55,221 nucleotides of DNA. It comes from an uncultured Candidatus Saccharibacteria bacterium (GTDB lineage: Bacteria; Patescibacteriota; Minisyncoccia; UBA6257; GWB1-50-10). The stretch is from contig CAYHGT010000005.1 in assembly GCA_964356375.1 (NCBI GenBank), forward strand, positions 1 through 55,221, given 5' to 3'. The notes under the pieces were generated by a model. It was not told the origin of the DNA. It made no database searches and saw only the letters and a program-made list of their open reading frames with translations. Each line of letters opens with the position of its first letter. The stretch's first letter is position 1. Positions 7,629 to 17,500 of the stretch are shown here, one piece after another. Position numbers and translations under genes: made by a program.

Positions 7629-8399
7629 ATGGAACAAGAACAAATAAAAAAGTACGTATCAGTGGCATTCGGGGTGTCGGCGGTTTTGGTGGCATTTGCC
7701 GTATGGAACTATTCCGATGCATTTTCAAAATCAATTCAGCCAAGCTCGTTTCGCAGTTTTTCTGTGAGCGCGGAAGGGAAATCGGTCTCTATTCCCGATG
7801 TGGCCACATTTACGTTTAGCGTGGTGACGCAGGGCGGAAAAGATTTGGCAAAGATTCAGACCGATAACACAGACAAGATGAACAAGGCAATTGCATTTGT
7901 AAAAAGCAACGGTGTGGAAGATAAGGATATCAAGACACAGAATTATTCGTTACAGCCCCGCTATCAGTACAACGCGTGCCCTCGGGATGGCGCTGTGTGC
8001 CCACCTCCCGAAATTGTGGGGTATGAAATTAATCAAACGGTGCTTGTAAAAGTGCGTGATTTTGGAAAGGTGGGCGACATACTCGCTGGAGTAGTAAATA
8101 ACGGCGCAAACTCGGTGTCCTCATTCCAATTTACAATTGATGACCCAACTTCGGCGCAAGATATTGCGCGCGCGGAAGCAATCCAGAAAGCAAAAGTAAA
8201 AGCAGAGGCGCTCGCAAAAGCAGGAGGATTTTCTGTCGGCAGATTGCTCGGCATTACAGAAAACGGAAATTATCCACGTCCTATGTATGCCTACGCATTA
8301 AAGAGTATGGGTGGTGCAGAATCGTCCGTTGCTCCATCAATTGAGCCCGGCTCCCAAGAAACAACGGTGAGTGTGACATTGCAGTACGAAATTAAATAG
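7629..8399 (+). CDS. SIMPL/DUF541 domain protein
   Basis: N-terminal TM, 'VSAEGK...PDVA', 'DIKTQNYSLQPRY', 'AKAEALAKAGG', 'IEPGSQE...V.LQYEI'. Confidence 0.9.
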   Translation: MEQEQIKKYVSVAFGVSAVLVAFAVWNYSDAFSKSIQPSSFRSFSVSAEGKSVSIPDVATFTFSVVTQGGKDLAKIQTDNTDKMNKAIAFVKSNGVEDKDIKTQNYSLQPRYQYNACPRDGAVCPPPEIVGYEINQTVLVKVRDFGKVGDILAGVVNNGANSVSSFQFTIDDPTSAQDIARAEAIQKAKVKAEALAKAGGFSVGRLLGITENGNYPRPMYAYALKSMGGAESSVAPSIEPGSQETTVSVTLQYEIK

Positions 8400-8451
8400 T
8401 AATATACTTTATATATGGGATCAGAAGACTAATAGGAACCCCTCCGACATA

Positions 8452-8471
8452 CCTGCCTACCGGCAGGCAGG
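8452..8471. repeat. REP-like palindrome CCTGCCTACCGGCAGGCAGG inside a terminator-like hairpin
   Basis: Near-identical reverse copy at 13858-13876; enclosed by AACCCC.CCG/CGG.GGGGTT. Confidence 0.7.
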
Positions 8472-8578
8472 CGGCGGGGTTTTAAATTACTTTTATAATT
8501 AAATTTTATAGATAACCAAGTGGAAGAGCGACCTGAGACCCAATAATATAGTACCCTACTTCGTTAAATTATATACAC

Positions 8579-8611
8579 TACTTCGCCCCGCTTTGGCGGG
8601 GCTTTGAAGTA
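8579..8611. repeat. Palindromic hairpin TACTTC-GCCCCGC..GCGGGGC-GAAGTA
   Basis: Imperfect inverted repeat; the CCCCGC/GCGGGG core recurs at 6247, 8644 and 18181. Confidence 0.55.
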
Positions 8612-8626
8612 TTATTTTCATTGAAT

Positions 8627-8663
8627 GAAAATAAAAAATTACGCCCCGCAATCTGCGGGGCGT
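8627..8663 (-). terminator. Intrinsic terminator (minus strand)
   Basis: 10 bp stem ACGCCCCGCA/TGCGGGGCGT followed on the minus strand by AATTTTTTATTTTC. Confidence 0.8.
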
Positions 8664-9405
8664 TGTCGACATTTGGCGAAGCGATGGAGCGGGCCAGATT
8701 GGCCAGAGTCACAGCTGAACAAGTCAGCGGACCACGGGCTCCTGTCCGGAATTTTTGGGCACATGCCCTCCGGGCTCGGTCTTCGGCAAAGCGACACAAC
8801 GTTGTTCGACGGACCGGATAGCCGGTACTGTGGCGTCGGACGAACCGGCGTACTTTCCACGTCAAGCAACGTATAGGGAGTGGGCGATCTTTCGACCTTG
8901 TTCCCGCTCCGAAGTTCCGCGGAACTGCCGCGTACAGGCTTTGGCGAGCACCCGCCACAATTCGTCAATCCACATTGGAGGAACGGGTGGTGAGGGTGCG
9001 TTGGCCGGCGCTGTGGGTCTAGCTAAAAAGGTTGCTTTGGGCGACCCGATTGCTCGGGCCACGGCAGGCGGCGGTCTTCTTCATGGGGTCTCCCCAAGAT
9101 GTGCGTTAGGACCAGGCGATGGTCTGTGGCGCGGTTTCTGGTTGTGCACTCGCGAGGTTGCGATGTGCGGTTGTCGTCGGTCGGGTTGGGCTCAGCACTT
9201 GCGTGCCTGCCCCTAGCTGCTTACATGGGCCTTAGCCATGCGCGTGCGCCAGTGGCGATGAACGGGTGTCATTGTGACTCCTTCTTCCCGTCTTGCGTGG
9301 CGAAGTTGCGCCCGTGTGGGCGCGGTTAGCGGAGGCCAGATGACCGCCGCGGTGTCCACTGGTCGATTTCTCATTGCAAGAGATAACCGCCATTTGTTAA
9401 AGAAC
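8630..9405 (-). ncRNA. Candidate large structured non-coding RNA (~770 nt), family unknown
   Basis: Bounded by promoter and terminator, GC-rich, many hairpins with GNRA loops on the minus strand, no credible protein. Confidence 0.55.
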
Positions 9406-9411
9406 TTGCAC

Positions 9412-9439
9412 ATTGTAGCATATTCACAAAAAAAGTCAA
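9412..9439 (-). promoter_or_regulatory. Sigma70-type promoter TTGACT-16-(TGn)TACAAT
   Basis: -35 at 9439-9434 and -10 at 9417-9412; followed by boxA-like GTTCTTTAACA (9405-9395). Confidence 0.7.
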
Positions 9440-9539
9440 TCCCGTTAGAGACAGGGCATTCTGTATGCCCGTTGTGCTATCGTCGCACTATATTTTATGC
9501 ACGATTCAAGAATTATTAATATTACGTCTCTAACGGGAT
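9439..9539. mobile_element. ~100 bp MITE-like element, copy 2
   Basis: Perfect 14 bp terminal IR ATCCCGTTAGAGAC / GTCTCTAACGGGAT. Confidence 0.7.
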
Positions 9540-9562
9540 AAATACCACCCATTGTATGTGAA

Positions 9563-9610
9563 TTAGCACTCAACTTATGTGCTTGCTAATATTTAACGGC
9601 TTGATATAAT
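9563..9610 (+). promoter_or_regulatory. CIRCE (HrcA operator) overlapping a sigma70 promoter
   Basis: TTAGCACTC-N9-GCTTGCTAA (9563-9589; consensus TTAGCACTC-N9-GAGTGCTAA); TTGCTA-16-TATAAT with TGn; clpB downstream. Confidence 0.75.
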
Positions 9611-9630
9611 CCAAGACGTTAACTTGTTAA

Positions 9631-9890
9631 CTGAGCACTCAATTATTTTATGCACTACGTATATATTTTGAGAAATAACACAAAGAAAACAATCTACATA
9701 GGTTATACCAGCGATTTGAGGCGTAGACTCAAAGAACATAAGGACAAGAAGCCCGAATTGCTGTATTATGAAGCATATAAGGATGAAAAGGACGCTAGGA
9801 TTAGAGAAAGAATGTTGAAGCAGAGAGGTCAAGCAATTCGGTGGTTGAAAAGTCGTTTACAAAATAGCATAAAATAATTTGAGTGCTCGG
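9631..9890. mobile_element. Inverted-repeat-bounded GIY-YIG cassette
   Basis: CTGAGCACTCAATTATTTTATGC (9631-9653) versus GCATAAAATAATTTGAGTGCTCGG (9867-9890): one mismatch and one gap. Confidence 0.6.
9650..9877 (+). CDS. Small GIY-YIG nuclease family protein
   Basis: YVYIL...IYIGYTSDLRRRLKEH...LLYYEAY....A..RE..LK. Confidence 0.9.
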   Translation: MHYVYILRNNTKKTIYIGYTSDLRRRLKEHKDKKPELLYYEAYKDEKDARIRERMLKQRGQAIRWLKSRLQNSIK

Positions 9891-9895
9891 TGCTC

Positions 9896-9928
9896 ATTCG
9901 TGAGTACTCGCTGTGCTCGTACACGAAT
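9896..9928. repeat. REP-like hairpin ATTCGTG-AGTAC-TCGCTGTGCTC-GTA-CACGAAT
   Basis: Inverted repeat just before the clpB ATG; core is related to the element at 3-23. Confidence 0.55.
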
Positions 9929-9933
9929 ATCGC

Positions 9934-12678
9934 ATGCCCAATTTCAATAGATTCACTATAAAAGCACAGGAAGCATTGCAGAATGCGCAAGATTATGTAA
10001 TGAAGCACAACCACAGCGAGCTTCGCCCGCTCCATTTGTTGTTGGCACTTTTGAGCGATGAGCAGACGCTCGTCCGTCCAATGCTCGTCCGCGCAAACGT
10101 AGATATTGCCACCCTTGAAGAGCGCGCGGAGGCCGCACTCATGCGCATGCCCCGCATCTTTTCTGGTACACAGAGCCAACAGCTTTATCTCTCGCAGGAA
10201 CTTTTAAAAATTTTGGATAAGGCGAGCGAGATTATAAAAACACAAGGAGACGAGTTTATTTCGTGCGAACATTTGTTGCTCGCGCTTTCGGACGTTCCTT
10301 CCATCGCGCAGGATTTATTGACACAGGTGGGCGCGAAAAAAGACACGTTACAAAAAATATTAGGTGCGCTTCGTGGGTCCACGCGCGTGACGGATGAGAC
10401 GCCTGAATCAAAATTCCAAGTGCTTGAAAAATACGCGATTAATTTGACGGACAAGGCTCGTGAGGGAAAGCTGGACCCCGTGATTGGCCGCGAAGAGGAA
10501 CTGCGTCGTTTAATGCAGATACTTTCGCGTCGCACAAAAAACAACCCGATTTTAATAGGCGAGCCAGGCGTAGGAAAAACCGCGATTGTGGAAGGGCTTG
10601 CACAGCGTATCATCTCGGGCGACGTGCCTGAAACATTGAAGGGAAGAGAGGTGATTATGCTTGATTTGGGCTCGCTTATTGCAGGTACAAAGTTTAGGGG
10701 CGAGTTTGAGGATCGTCTCAAAGCATTCTTAAAAGAAATTCAGAAAGCGGAGGGCCGACTTCTTCTTTTCATTGATGAGATTCATATGATAGTGGGTGCG
10801 GGCGCGGCCGAGGGCGCAATTGATGCGGCTAACTTATTGAAGCCCGCACTTGCGCGTGGAGAGTTGCATGCAATCGGCGCAACCACGTTAAAGGAATACC
10901 AGAAGCATATTGAGAAGGACGCGGCGCTTGAACGCAGATTCCAGCCGATTTTGGTGGACGAGCCGACGATAGAGGATTCCATTTCCATTCTTCGCGGGCT
11001 TAAAGAAAAATACGAGATGCATCATGGATTAAAAATATCGGACGCGGCAATCATTGCGGCTGTAAATCTCTCGTCTCGTTATATCACTGACAGATTTTTG
11101 CCGGACAAAGCAGTGGACTTGATTGATGAGGCGTCCGCCGCACGCCGACTTGAGTCGGATAGTATTCCACGCGAGCTGGATACAATTCGCCGTGAAATAA
11201 CAAAGCTTGAGATAGAGCGCTCCGCACTTATGCAGGAGAATGGCAACCCTGTGAGCAGAGGCGGGGCAGGGAAAAAGAGCTCGCCTCGTATGAAGGAGGT
11301 GGATGAACGGCTTACTACATTGAAGGGCGAGAACACGGAGATTTCGGGCAAGTGGCACAACGAAAAAGTAACGTTTGAAAAGTTTCATAATTTGCGCAAG
11401 AAAATTGATGATCTTCGTCACGAGGCGGAAGTCGCAGAACGCGAAGGCAATTTTGAACGCGTGGCTAAAATTTTGTATGGTGAACTTCCGATTGCGGAGA
11501 AGGAGTATGAAACATTTGAGAAAAAATATTTGAAATTAAACGGCATGCCTACGCACGACGGACTAAGTGTTAACCCCGCTAAACGAGCCGGGGCAGGAAA
11601 GAAAACTGCAAAAATAGGAGACGCAAAGACGGAATACCGGTTTATAAAAGAAAAAATTGATGAAGAGGATATTGCGGGCGTGGTTTCACGATGGACAGGC
11701 ATTCCCGTTTCAAAAATGTTGGAGTCCGAGATGCAGAAACTTGGGCGACTTGAGGACGAGCTTGGTACGCGCGTCGTGGGCCAGGAGGAGGCGATTAGTG
11801 GGGTGGCTCGCGCACTCCGCCGTTCGCGCGCAGGCCTTGCGGAAGAAGATAGGCCGGGTGGTTCCTTTATGTTTCTCGGTCCAACGGGTGTTGGAAAAAC
11901 TGAGCTTGCAAAAGCACTCGCGGAATTTATGTTTAACGACGACAAGGCGCTTGTGCGCATTGATATGTCCGAATATATGGAGCGCCACGCTGTCGCGCGT
12001 CTTATTGGTTCGCCTCCCGGATACGTGGGTCACGAAGAGGGCGGACAGCTTACGCAAATTGTGCGCCACAGACCGTACAGTTTGATTTTGTTTGATGAAA
12101 TTGAGAAGGCGCACCCCGAGGTTTTCAATATCTTATTGCAAGTATTGGACAATGGACGCTTGACCGACGGCAAGGGAAAGACCGTGAATTTTAAGAACAC
12201 AATTATTATTCTTACCTCAAACGTTGGAAGTTTGTATTTTAAAGAGATGTCGCGTATTGGATTTGGTGTGGGTGCGAAAGGAAAAGAGAATGAGGACAAG
12301 GAGAAACAATTCAAGGAGGGGGTGATGGAGGCGCTTCGCGAAACATTCCGTCCTGAGTTTTTGAATCGTTTGGACGAGACCGTGATATTCAATACATTAA
12401 ACCCTACCTCAATTGAAAAAATTGTGGATATTCAACTGGCAAAACTTGAGGCGCGACTTAAGGAACGCAACATCACGATTGTGGTGAAGCCACAGATAAA
12501 GAAATATATCGCAGAAAAAGGATTTGACCCTGAGTATGGGGCGCGTCCCATTAAGCGACTCATTCAAAAGGTCATCGTGGACGCTCTCGCCGACAAGATA
12601 ATCAAGGGCGAGGTAAAAGATGGACAAAAACTCACTATTTCACTTTCTAAAGAAGATAGAGTGGAGATTAGTCGGTAA
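9934..12678 (+). CDS. clpB: ATP-dependent chaperone ClpB
   Basis: Clp N domain, GKLDPVIGR, Walker A GEPGVGKT and GPTGVGKT, coiled-coil M domain, [19 protein letters not shown] 9934 is preferred over GTG 9913. Confidence 0.95.
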   Translation: MPNFNRFTIKAQEALQNAQDYVMKHNHSELRPLHLLLALLSDEQTLVRPMLVRANVDIATLEERAEAALMRMPRIFSGTQSQQLYLSQELLKILDKASEIIKTQGDEFISCEHLLLALSDVPSIAQDLLTQVGAKKDTLQKILGALRGSTRVTDETPESKFQVLEKYAINLTDKAREGKLDPVIGREEELRRLMQILSRRTKNNPILIGEPGVGKTAIVEGLAQRIISGDVPETLKGREVIMLDLGSLIAGTKFRGEFEDRLKAFLKEIQKAEGRLLLFIDEIHMIVGAGAAEGAIDAANLLKPALARGELHAIGATTLKEYQKHIEKDAALERRFQPILVDEPTIEDSISILRGLKEKYEMHHGLKISDAAIIAAVNLSSRYITDRFLPDKAVDLIDEASAARRLESDSIPRELDTIRREITKLEIERSALMQENGNPVSRGGAGKKSSPRMKEVDERLTTLKGENTEISGKWHNEKVTFEKFHNLRKKIDDLRHEAEVAEREGNFERVAKILYGELPIAEKEYETFEKKYLKLNGMPTHDGLSVNPAKRAGAGKKTAKIGDAKTEYRFIKEKIDEEDIAGVVSRWTGIPVSKMLESEMQKLGRLEDELGTRVVGQEEAISGVARALRRSRAGLAEEDRPGGSFMFLGPTGVGKTELAKALAEFMFNDDKALVRIDMSEYMERHAVARLIGSPPGYVGHEEGGQLTQIVRHRPYSLILFDEIEKAHPEVFNILLQVLDNGRLTDGKGKTVNFKNTIIILTSNVGSLYFKEMSRIGFGVGAKGKENEDKEKQFKEGVMEALRETFRPEFLNRLDETVIFNTLNPTSIEKIVDIQLAKLEARLKERNITIVVKPQIKKYIAEKGFDPEYGARPIKRLIQKVIVDALADKIIKGEVKDGQKLTISLSKEDRVEISR

Positions 12679-13366
12679 GATTGCGTTCGTCACACTCATG
12701 CTCCTTTGGGCGCTGGGGTCCGATTTCGCAGTTATTCCTGTTATTTTGTTTGTGCTCGCGCCCACAATTGCGTATTTTTCCGAATCACCAGAGCGCAGGC
12801 ATTTTCGCGCGTCATATTTTATTATGTGTATTGTCGCACTTCTCGGTACTATGATGACGGGCGGAAGCGAAGGGGTTTCTTTTTCGTCGCTTCTTATCAT
12901 CGCAATTTTTGCGGTAGGAATTGCGATTGAGATTGGACTTTTTCATTTTTATTTCAGAAGCAGAATGCTTGTGTATGGCGTGTTCCACATTGCGCTTATG
13001 GTTGCATTATTTTCCGTGTTTTTTGTGGCACAACTCTCATTGCTCTCGGTACTTTTTATACTCATCTCACTCATCCTCTTGTTCCGAGAATTTTTTGCGC
13101 TTGCAAATGTGCAGTGGCGGGGGAGGGCGCTTCTTATGAGCGTGGCACTTGGCTTTTTTGGCACAGAAATCGCGCTTCTCGTACGGTTTATGCCACTCGG
13201 GTTTGTAAACGCATCGGCATTTCTGGGGCTCACCATGCTTTTGGTGCGTGATGCGGGACGGGCGCATTTTGAGGGCGCATTAAATCTTCCGTTTATCCTG
13301 CGCTCGCTTGCAGTATTCTTTATCTTATCAGTTGTAATATTTAGCGTCTCGGTCTGGGGAATCTAA
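12620..13366 (+). CDS. Multi-pass membrane hypothetical protein
   Basis: Eight or more hydrophobic segments; overlaps the clpB 3' end, so the start is uncertain. Confidence 0.7.
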   Translation: MDKNSLFHFLKKIEWRLVGKIAFVTLMLLWALGSDFAVIPVILFVLAPTIAYFSESPERRHFRASYFIMCIVALLGTMMTGGSEGVSFSSLLIIAIFAVGIAIEIGLFHFYFRSRMLVYGVFHIALMVALFSVFFVAQLSLLSVLFILISLILLFREFFALANVQWRGRALLMSVALGFFGTEIALLVRFMPLGFVNASAFLGLTMLLVRDAGRAHFEGALNLPFILRSLAVFFILSVVIFSVSVWGI

Positions 13367-13432
13367 TTGATTTTTAGTTTTTTTAAGCTTACTATTTAGG
13401 TAGCACATTTGTGCATGCTAAGGAGGCGTCGT

Positions 13433-13801
13433 ATGGCAACCCTTTTGCTTACTCGGAATTGCGCGCCGGACATTTCAACAACCGTGTTTGTGGACACATC
13501 AAATGCTGTGTGCGCGAAATTCGGCTGGCGCCACAGCGATCGATTTATTGACCACCAAGGAAGTATCGGCGAAGTGATGGGCGTTGGTGTGGGTGCTGGC
13601 AAGGAAGGCGAGATTGAGGTCCTTTGGGTGATTTTGGACAAGAATAGGCTTCCTGTCCCCAATACCTGCAATGGCTACGCGACCTATTATCGCAATCGCG
13701 CCGGAACCGCCGACGCGAGTAAGGCGTGTCTCCGTCACTATAACCCTTTTGGTGATATGGAAGACATTTTTGGGACATTTGGTGGAAAGAAAGGAACATA
13801 A
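13433..13801 (+). CDS. Hypothetical protein
   Basis: AAGGAGG SD before ATG 13433; terminator downstream. Confidence 0.65.
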   Translation: MATLLLTRNCAPDISTTVFVDTSNAVCAKFGWRHSDRFIDHQGSIGEVMGVGVGAGKEGEIEVLWVILDKNRLPVPNTCNGYATYYRNRAGTADASKACLRHYNPFGDMEDIFGTFGGKKGT

Positions 13802-13812
13802 ATCAGGCACAA

Positions 13813-13839
13813 CCCCCTCATACGAGGGGGCTTTTTATT
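13813..13839 (+). terminator. Intrinsic terminator
   Basis: CCCCCTC/GAGGGGG plus T tract. Confidence 0.75.
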
Positions 13840-13857
13840 AGGGTGCGCCTACGGCGG

Positions 13858-13932
13858 CCTGCCTGCCGTAGGCAGGGACGCTGAACCTCGCCCTTCGACA
13901 GGCTCAGGGCCTCCCTCCGCTGACGGCGGAGC
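13858..13932. repeat. Cluster of REP-like palindromes
   Basis: CCTGCCTGCCGTAGGCAGG (13858-13876), GCCCTTCGACAGGCTCAGGGC (13890-13910), CTCCGCTGACGGCGGAG; relative ACCCCGAGCGTAAGTCGAGGGGT at 14260-14282. Confidence 0.65.
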
Positions 13933-14021
13933 TCGGTAACACTAGGGAAAATGGCTCGTTATATATATAGAGCGCAAAAATGGGTCATAAATCAAGGTCA
14001 AAGAAAGAATTGGCACATTCA

Positions 14022-14049
14022 TTGCGTTTTTAAAAGAGAAATGTATACT
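14022..14049 (+). promoter_or_regulatory. Putative promoter of the large surface-protein gene
   Basis: TTGCGT-16-TATACT about 460 nt upstream of the ATG. Confidence 0.45.
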
Positions 14050-14513
14050 GTTTATTGCTTGGTGTGAGGCCGAGCAAAGGACAGGTTTATTAGTTTTTTA
14101 GGGTTAGGGTATCGGTAGATGGGCCTCGCGCCCATTTTTATTTCTACGGATATCCATCGCTCCATATTTTTGTATGTGGCACCCTATTGTCTAATTTACC
14201 TTTCCCTAATGGCCTCGCTCTAAGAGCGAGTTTTCTTTTTTTAAGCGGCTTAAAAAAAGACCCCGAGCGTAAGTCGAGGGGTTCATTCCCCGAAGAGAGA
14301 GTATGGGCAACTCGCCAGCAGTTTCTAAATCACTATCAAACCCACTGCGTCGTCGTTTTCTTCCGTTCATCATCCTCACAGGTGCCGGAAGGTCGGGAAC
14401 GGGGACAAGCAGTGTTCCAGAAAAATAAAAAGGTCGAAACATACAAAAAACTAAAAATTAAGTCGAAAACTTACTATATGGCTCTCGCCTTATAGAAAGT
14501 CGAAAAGATAAAA

Positions 14514-17500
14514 ATGAGTAAAATTACAATAAAATTCGCAGCAGTTGGTGTTGCTATCATGACGGTAGCATCACTTTCTGGCCCCGTATTCGCTCAAACA
14601 GTGGATGTATCAGCGCAGATCGCAGCCCTTTTGGCTCAGATCTCCGCTTTGCAGGCACAGTTGGGCGCACCGGCTTCTACTTCTTCATTCAATTTTGCTA
14701 AGAACCTCACACTTGGCTCAAAAGGTGCAGACGTGAAAGCTTTGCAGGGTGTTTTGATTTCAGGCGGTTTCTTAAAAATCGCAGCTCCGACGAACTTTTT
14801 CGGTCCTCTTACCAAGGCGGCTGTCATTGCATGGCAGAAGTCAGTAGGCATTTCGCCTGCATCTGGTTTTGTTGGCCCTCTTAGCCGTGCGAAGTTGAAT
14901 GCAGCAGTAGTAACAACGCCACCTAGTGGCCCGGTAGGAACTCCGGTTCCGGCTGGCACCGACCTCGTTGTGACGAAAGCTGTTAACAGCCCGTCCGACA
15001 GAACAATCGGTTCTGGAACGGCGTTCAATCCTGCTTTGGTGCTTAATCTCACCGCAGGTTCGAAAGCTGTAAAAGTCACCAGCCTCACCGTTTTCAAGAG
15101 CGGTTTCCTCGGAAACACGAACTTGAATGGCGTTGATGTCGTTGATTCAATGCGTGTGCGTCATGGCAACGTGATTAGCTCAGTTGGTGCAGATAACACA
15201 ATTGTTATCGGCTTCCCGACCGCTCCTATCACAATCGCAGCAGGTATGACTGAGACAGTAACAATCAGGTTTAACCTCGTTAGCGGTGCAATGACTGGCA
15301 CAGTAGTAATGTCCTTGCAATCGGTTGCAGCAATTTCTGCTGATACATCCGCAATCTCAGGCGCCTTCCCAATTTCGGGTGGCATCATGAATGTGGTGAA
15401 CGGCAGCACTTCGCTCGCAGGCGTGAGCTTGGATGCCTTGACCTCAACGGGTTCCTCATCATTGAGTGTTGACCCCGCGAACTGGCAGGAAATCACCAAA
15501 TTCCGTGTGAAAGAGACAACATCCAACGAAGGTACAAAGATTTATTCGTGGATGCTCTATAACTACGGTAATGCGGGTTCAGGCGACTATAGCGATGTAC
15601 AGCTCCTTGACCAGACAGGTACGGTGCTCGCAACCGCTCAGCCGATGGGCCAGTATATTACCTTTAATCTCTCGGCAAATCCGTATCTTATTGATAAGGG
15701 TATGACGAAGGACTTCACCGTAAGGGCGAAGTTGATTAATGGAACGACGAAGACGATTCAGCTCGTAACCTACGATAACTATGATTTGGATATCCGTGGC
15801 ATTGCTACTGGTGTGTCAATTCTTCCTACGTTTGGTTCGAATGATTTGGCCTTCCCGATTGGAAATGGATTTAACATCCAGACAATTGGTTCAGGAACTA
15901 TGACGCTCAGCCGTTCAGTTGATACGCCGAGCGCAGCAGTAACTCCTGGTACAAACGATACGGTTCTCGCAAAATACAATGCGAAGCCGACAGGAGAAAA
16001 CATGGAACTCCGTCAGGTAAGCTTTGGTATCTCAGGATTAACCACAGCTCTTACTGGTACGGTGTACGTGAGAGTGAACGATGCGACTGTGTACAGTGTT
16101 GCGGCTTCAACGCTTGCAACATCTGGCGCGGTTTCTACGATTACACTTTCTACGTATCCTATCTTGACCGCAGGCGTGAACAACACAATTGTTGTGACCG
16201 GTTCTGTGAACTCAAGTGCGGTTTCTACGGATGTGTACACAGTTAAGTCATTTGACCTCATCCAGGCGAAGAGGTTGGTGACCAATGACCTTGTTGATCC
16301 GGGAACCTCAGCTATTGACGGTCTCGCGATTGCGATACAAGCTGGCAAGATTACGATTACAAACCTCTCAACACCGTCTACACAGTCGGTAGTAAGGGGT
16401 ACAGTTGGATTTGAGTTCGCTCAGGTTCAATTGAGTGCGCAGGGTGGCGGAGAAGATATCAAAGTTTCTAAGGTTGTTTTGACTGACACAAGCGCAGGTG
16501 CAACTGACCTCACGAATGCAGTCATCTACAAGGATAGCGACACATCTCCTCTCGTTACCTCTGCTTCAACAGCGAGCTTTAGCGCTGCTTTGAACGGAAC
16601 CGTTACATTCAACTTCCAGACTCCGGTCTTGGTCACGCGCGCAACTCCGGTTGTGTTCCACGTGAAGGCTGACGTAACGACTGGTGCTTCAACAAGCACA
16701 ACGCACTCGTTTAACATCGCAGCTTCAACTGCAACAGCATACGGCTCAGTAACTGGAAATTCACTTTCTGGCACCAGCCTTATCGCCGCAGGTACAAGCA
16801 ATACGATGTCTGTCGCATCATCCGGAACTCTTACCCTCTCACTCGTTTCTGGTTCTGGCGCAACGCCATCATCAGATCAGGTGGTAACGGCAGGAACAAC
16901 GGGCGCGACATATCTCGCGTTCAAACTCACTTCACAGGTTGAAACTCAGAAGATTACATCTTTGAAGGTTACAGCAAGTGGAACGGCTCTCTCAACAACG
17001 ACATTGAAGAACATCGCCCTTTACCAGGACGCTGCTTCAACACCGTTCACGACAGCCGGACAGTGGGATTCTTGCGCATCGAACACTTGCACAGTCACAT
17101 TCACCGCGACGGACAACTTGCTTTCAGCAGCAGTGCCGACAACAGGAACAACCATCTACGTGAAGGGTGATGTACCTGCAGGAGGTTCTGGTGTAACGCT
17201 CGCAGATAGCTTCAAGCTCTCGATTGCGGCTAATACCGACATCGTAGTAAAGGGAGCTGTCTCCGCAGCAACCACGACTGCAACAGGCACCGCAGTGCCG
17301 ACGGCAATCTCGTACGTTGCTCCGCAGAGCGTTGTGGTAAGCGCGGTCTCACCGACTGGCGCAACACAGGTTGGATTGTCAAGTGGCCAGGTTGTAGGTA
17401 TCTTCCAAGTTACCAACAACGGAACCGCTCCAATCTACCTTGCAACCACGACGAAGTTCACTGTGACAAACGGTGGCTCGGCAACGACTTCGGTGACGTT

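Noticed and set aside
8630..9405. RNase P RNA, tmRNA or group II intron
   Set aside because: I found no GAGGAAAGUCC-type P4 motif, no tRNA-like CCA end and no convincing domain V by eye; a covariance search is still needed.
8578..9519. Protein-coding ORFs of 66-153 aa on both strands
   Set aside because: They overlap in many frames, have low-information Arg/Pro/Ala/Gly composition and no motifs; this is expected from stop-poor GC-rich DNA.
14187..14495. 102 aa ORF upstream of the surface-protein gene
   Set aside because: TTG start, no motifs, and it runs through hairpins and repeats; better explained as leader sequence.
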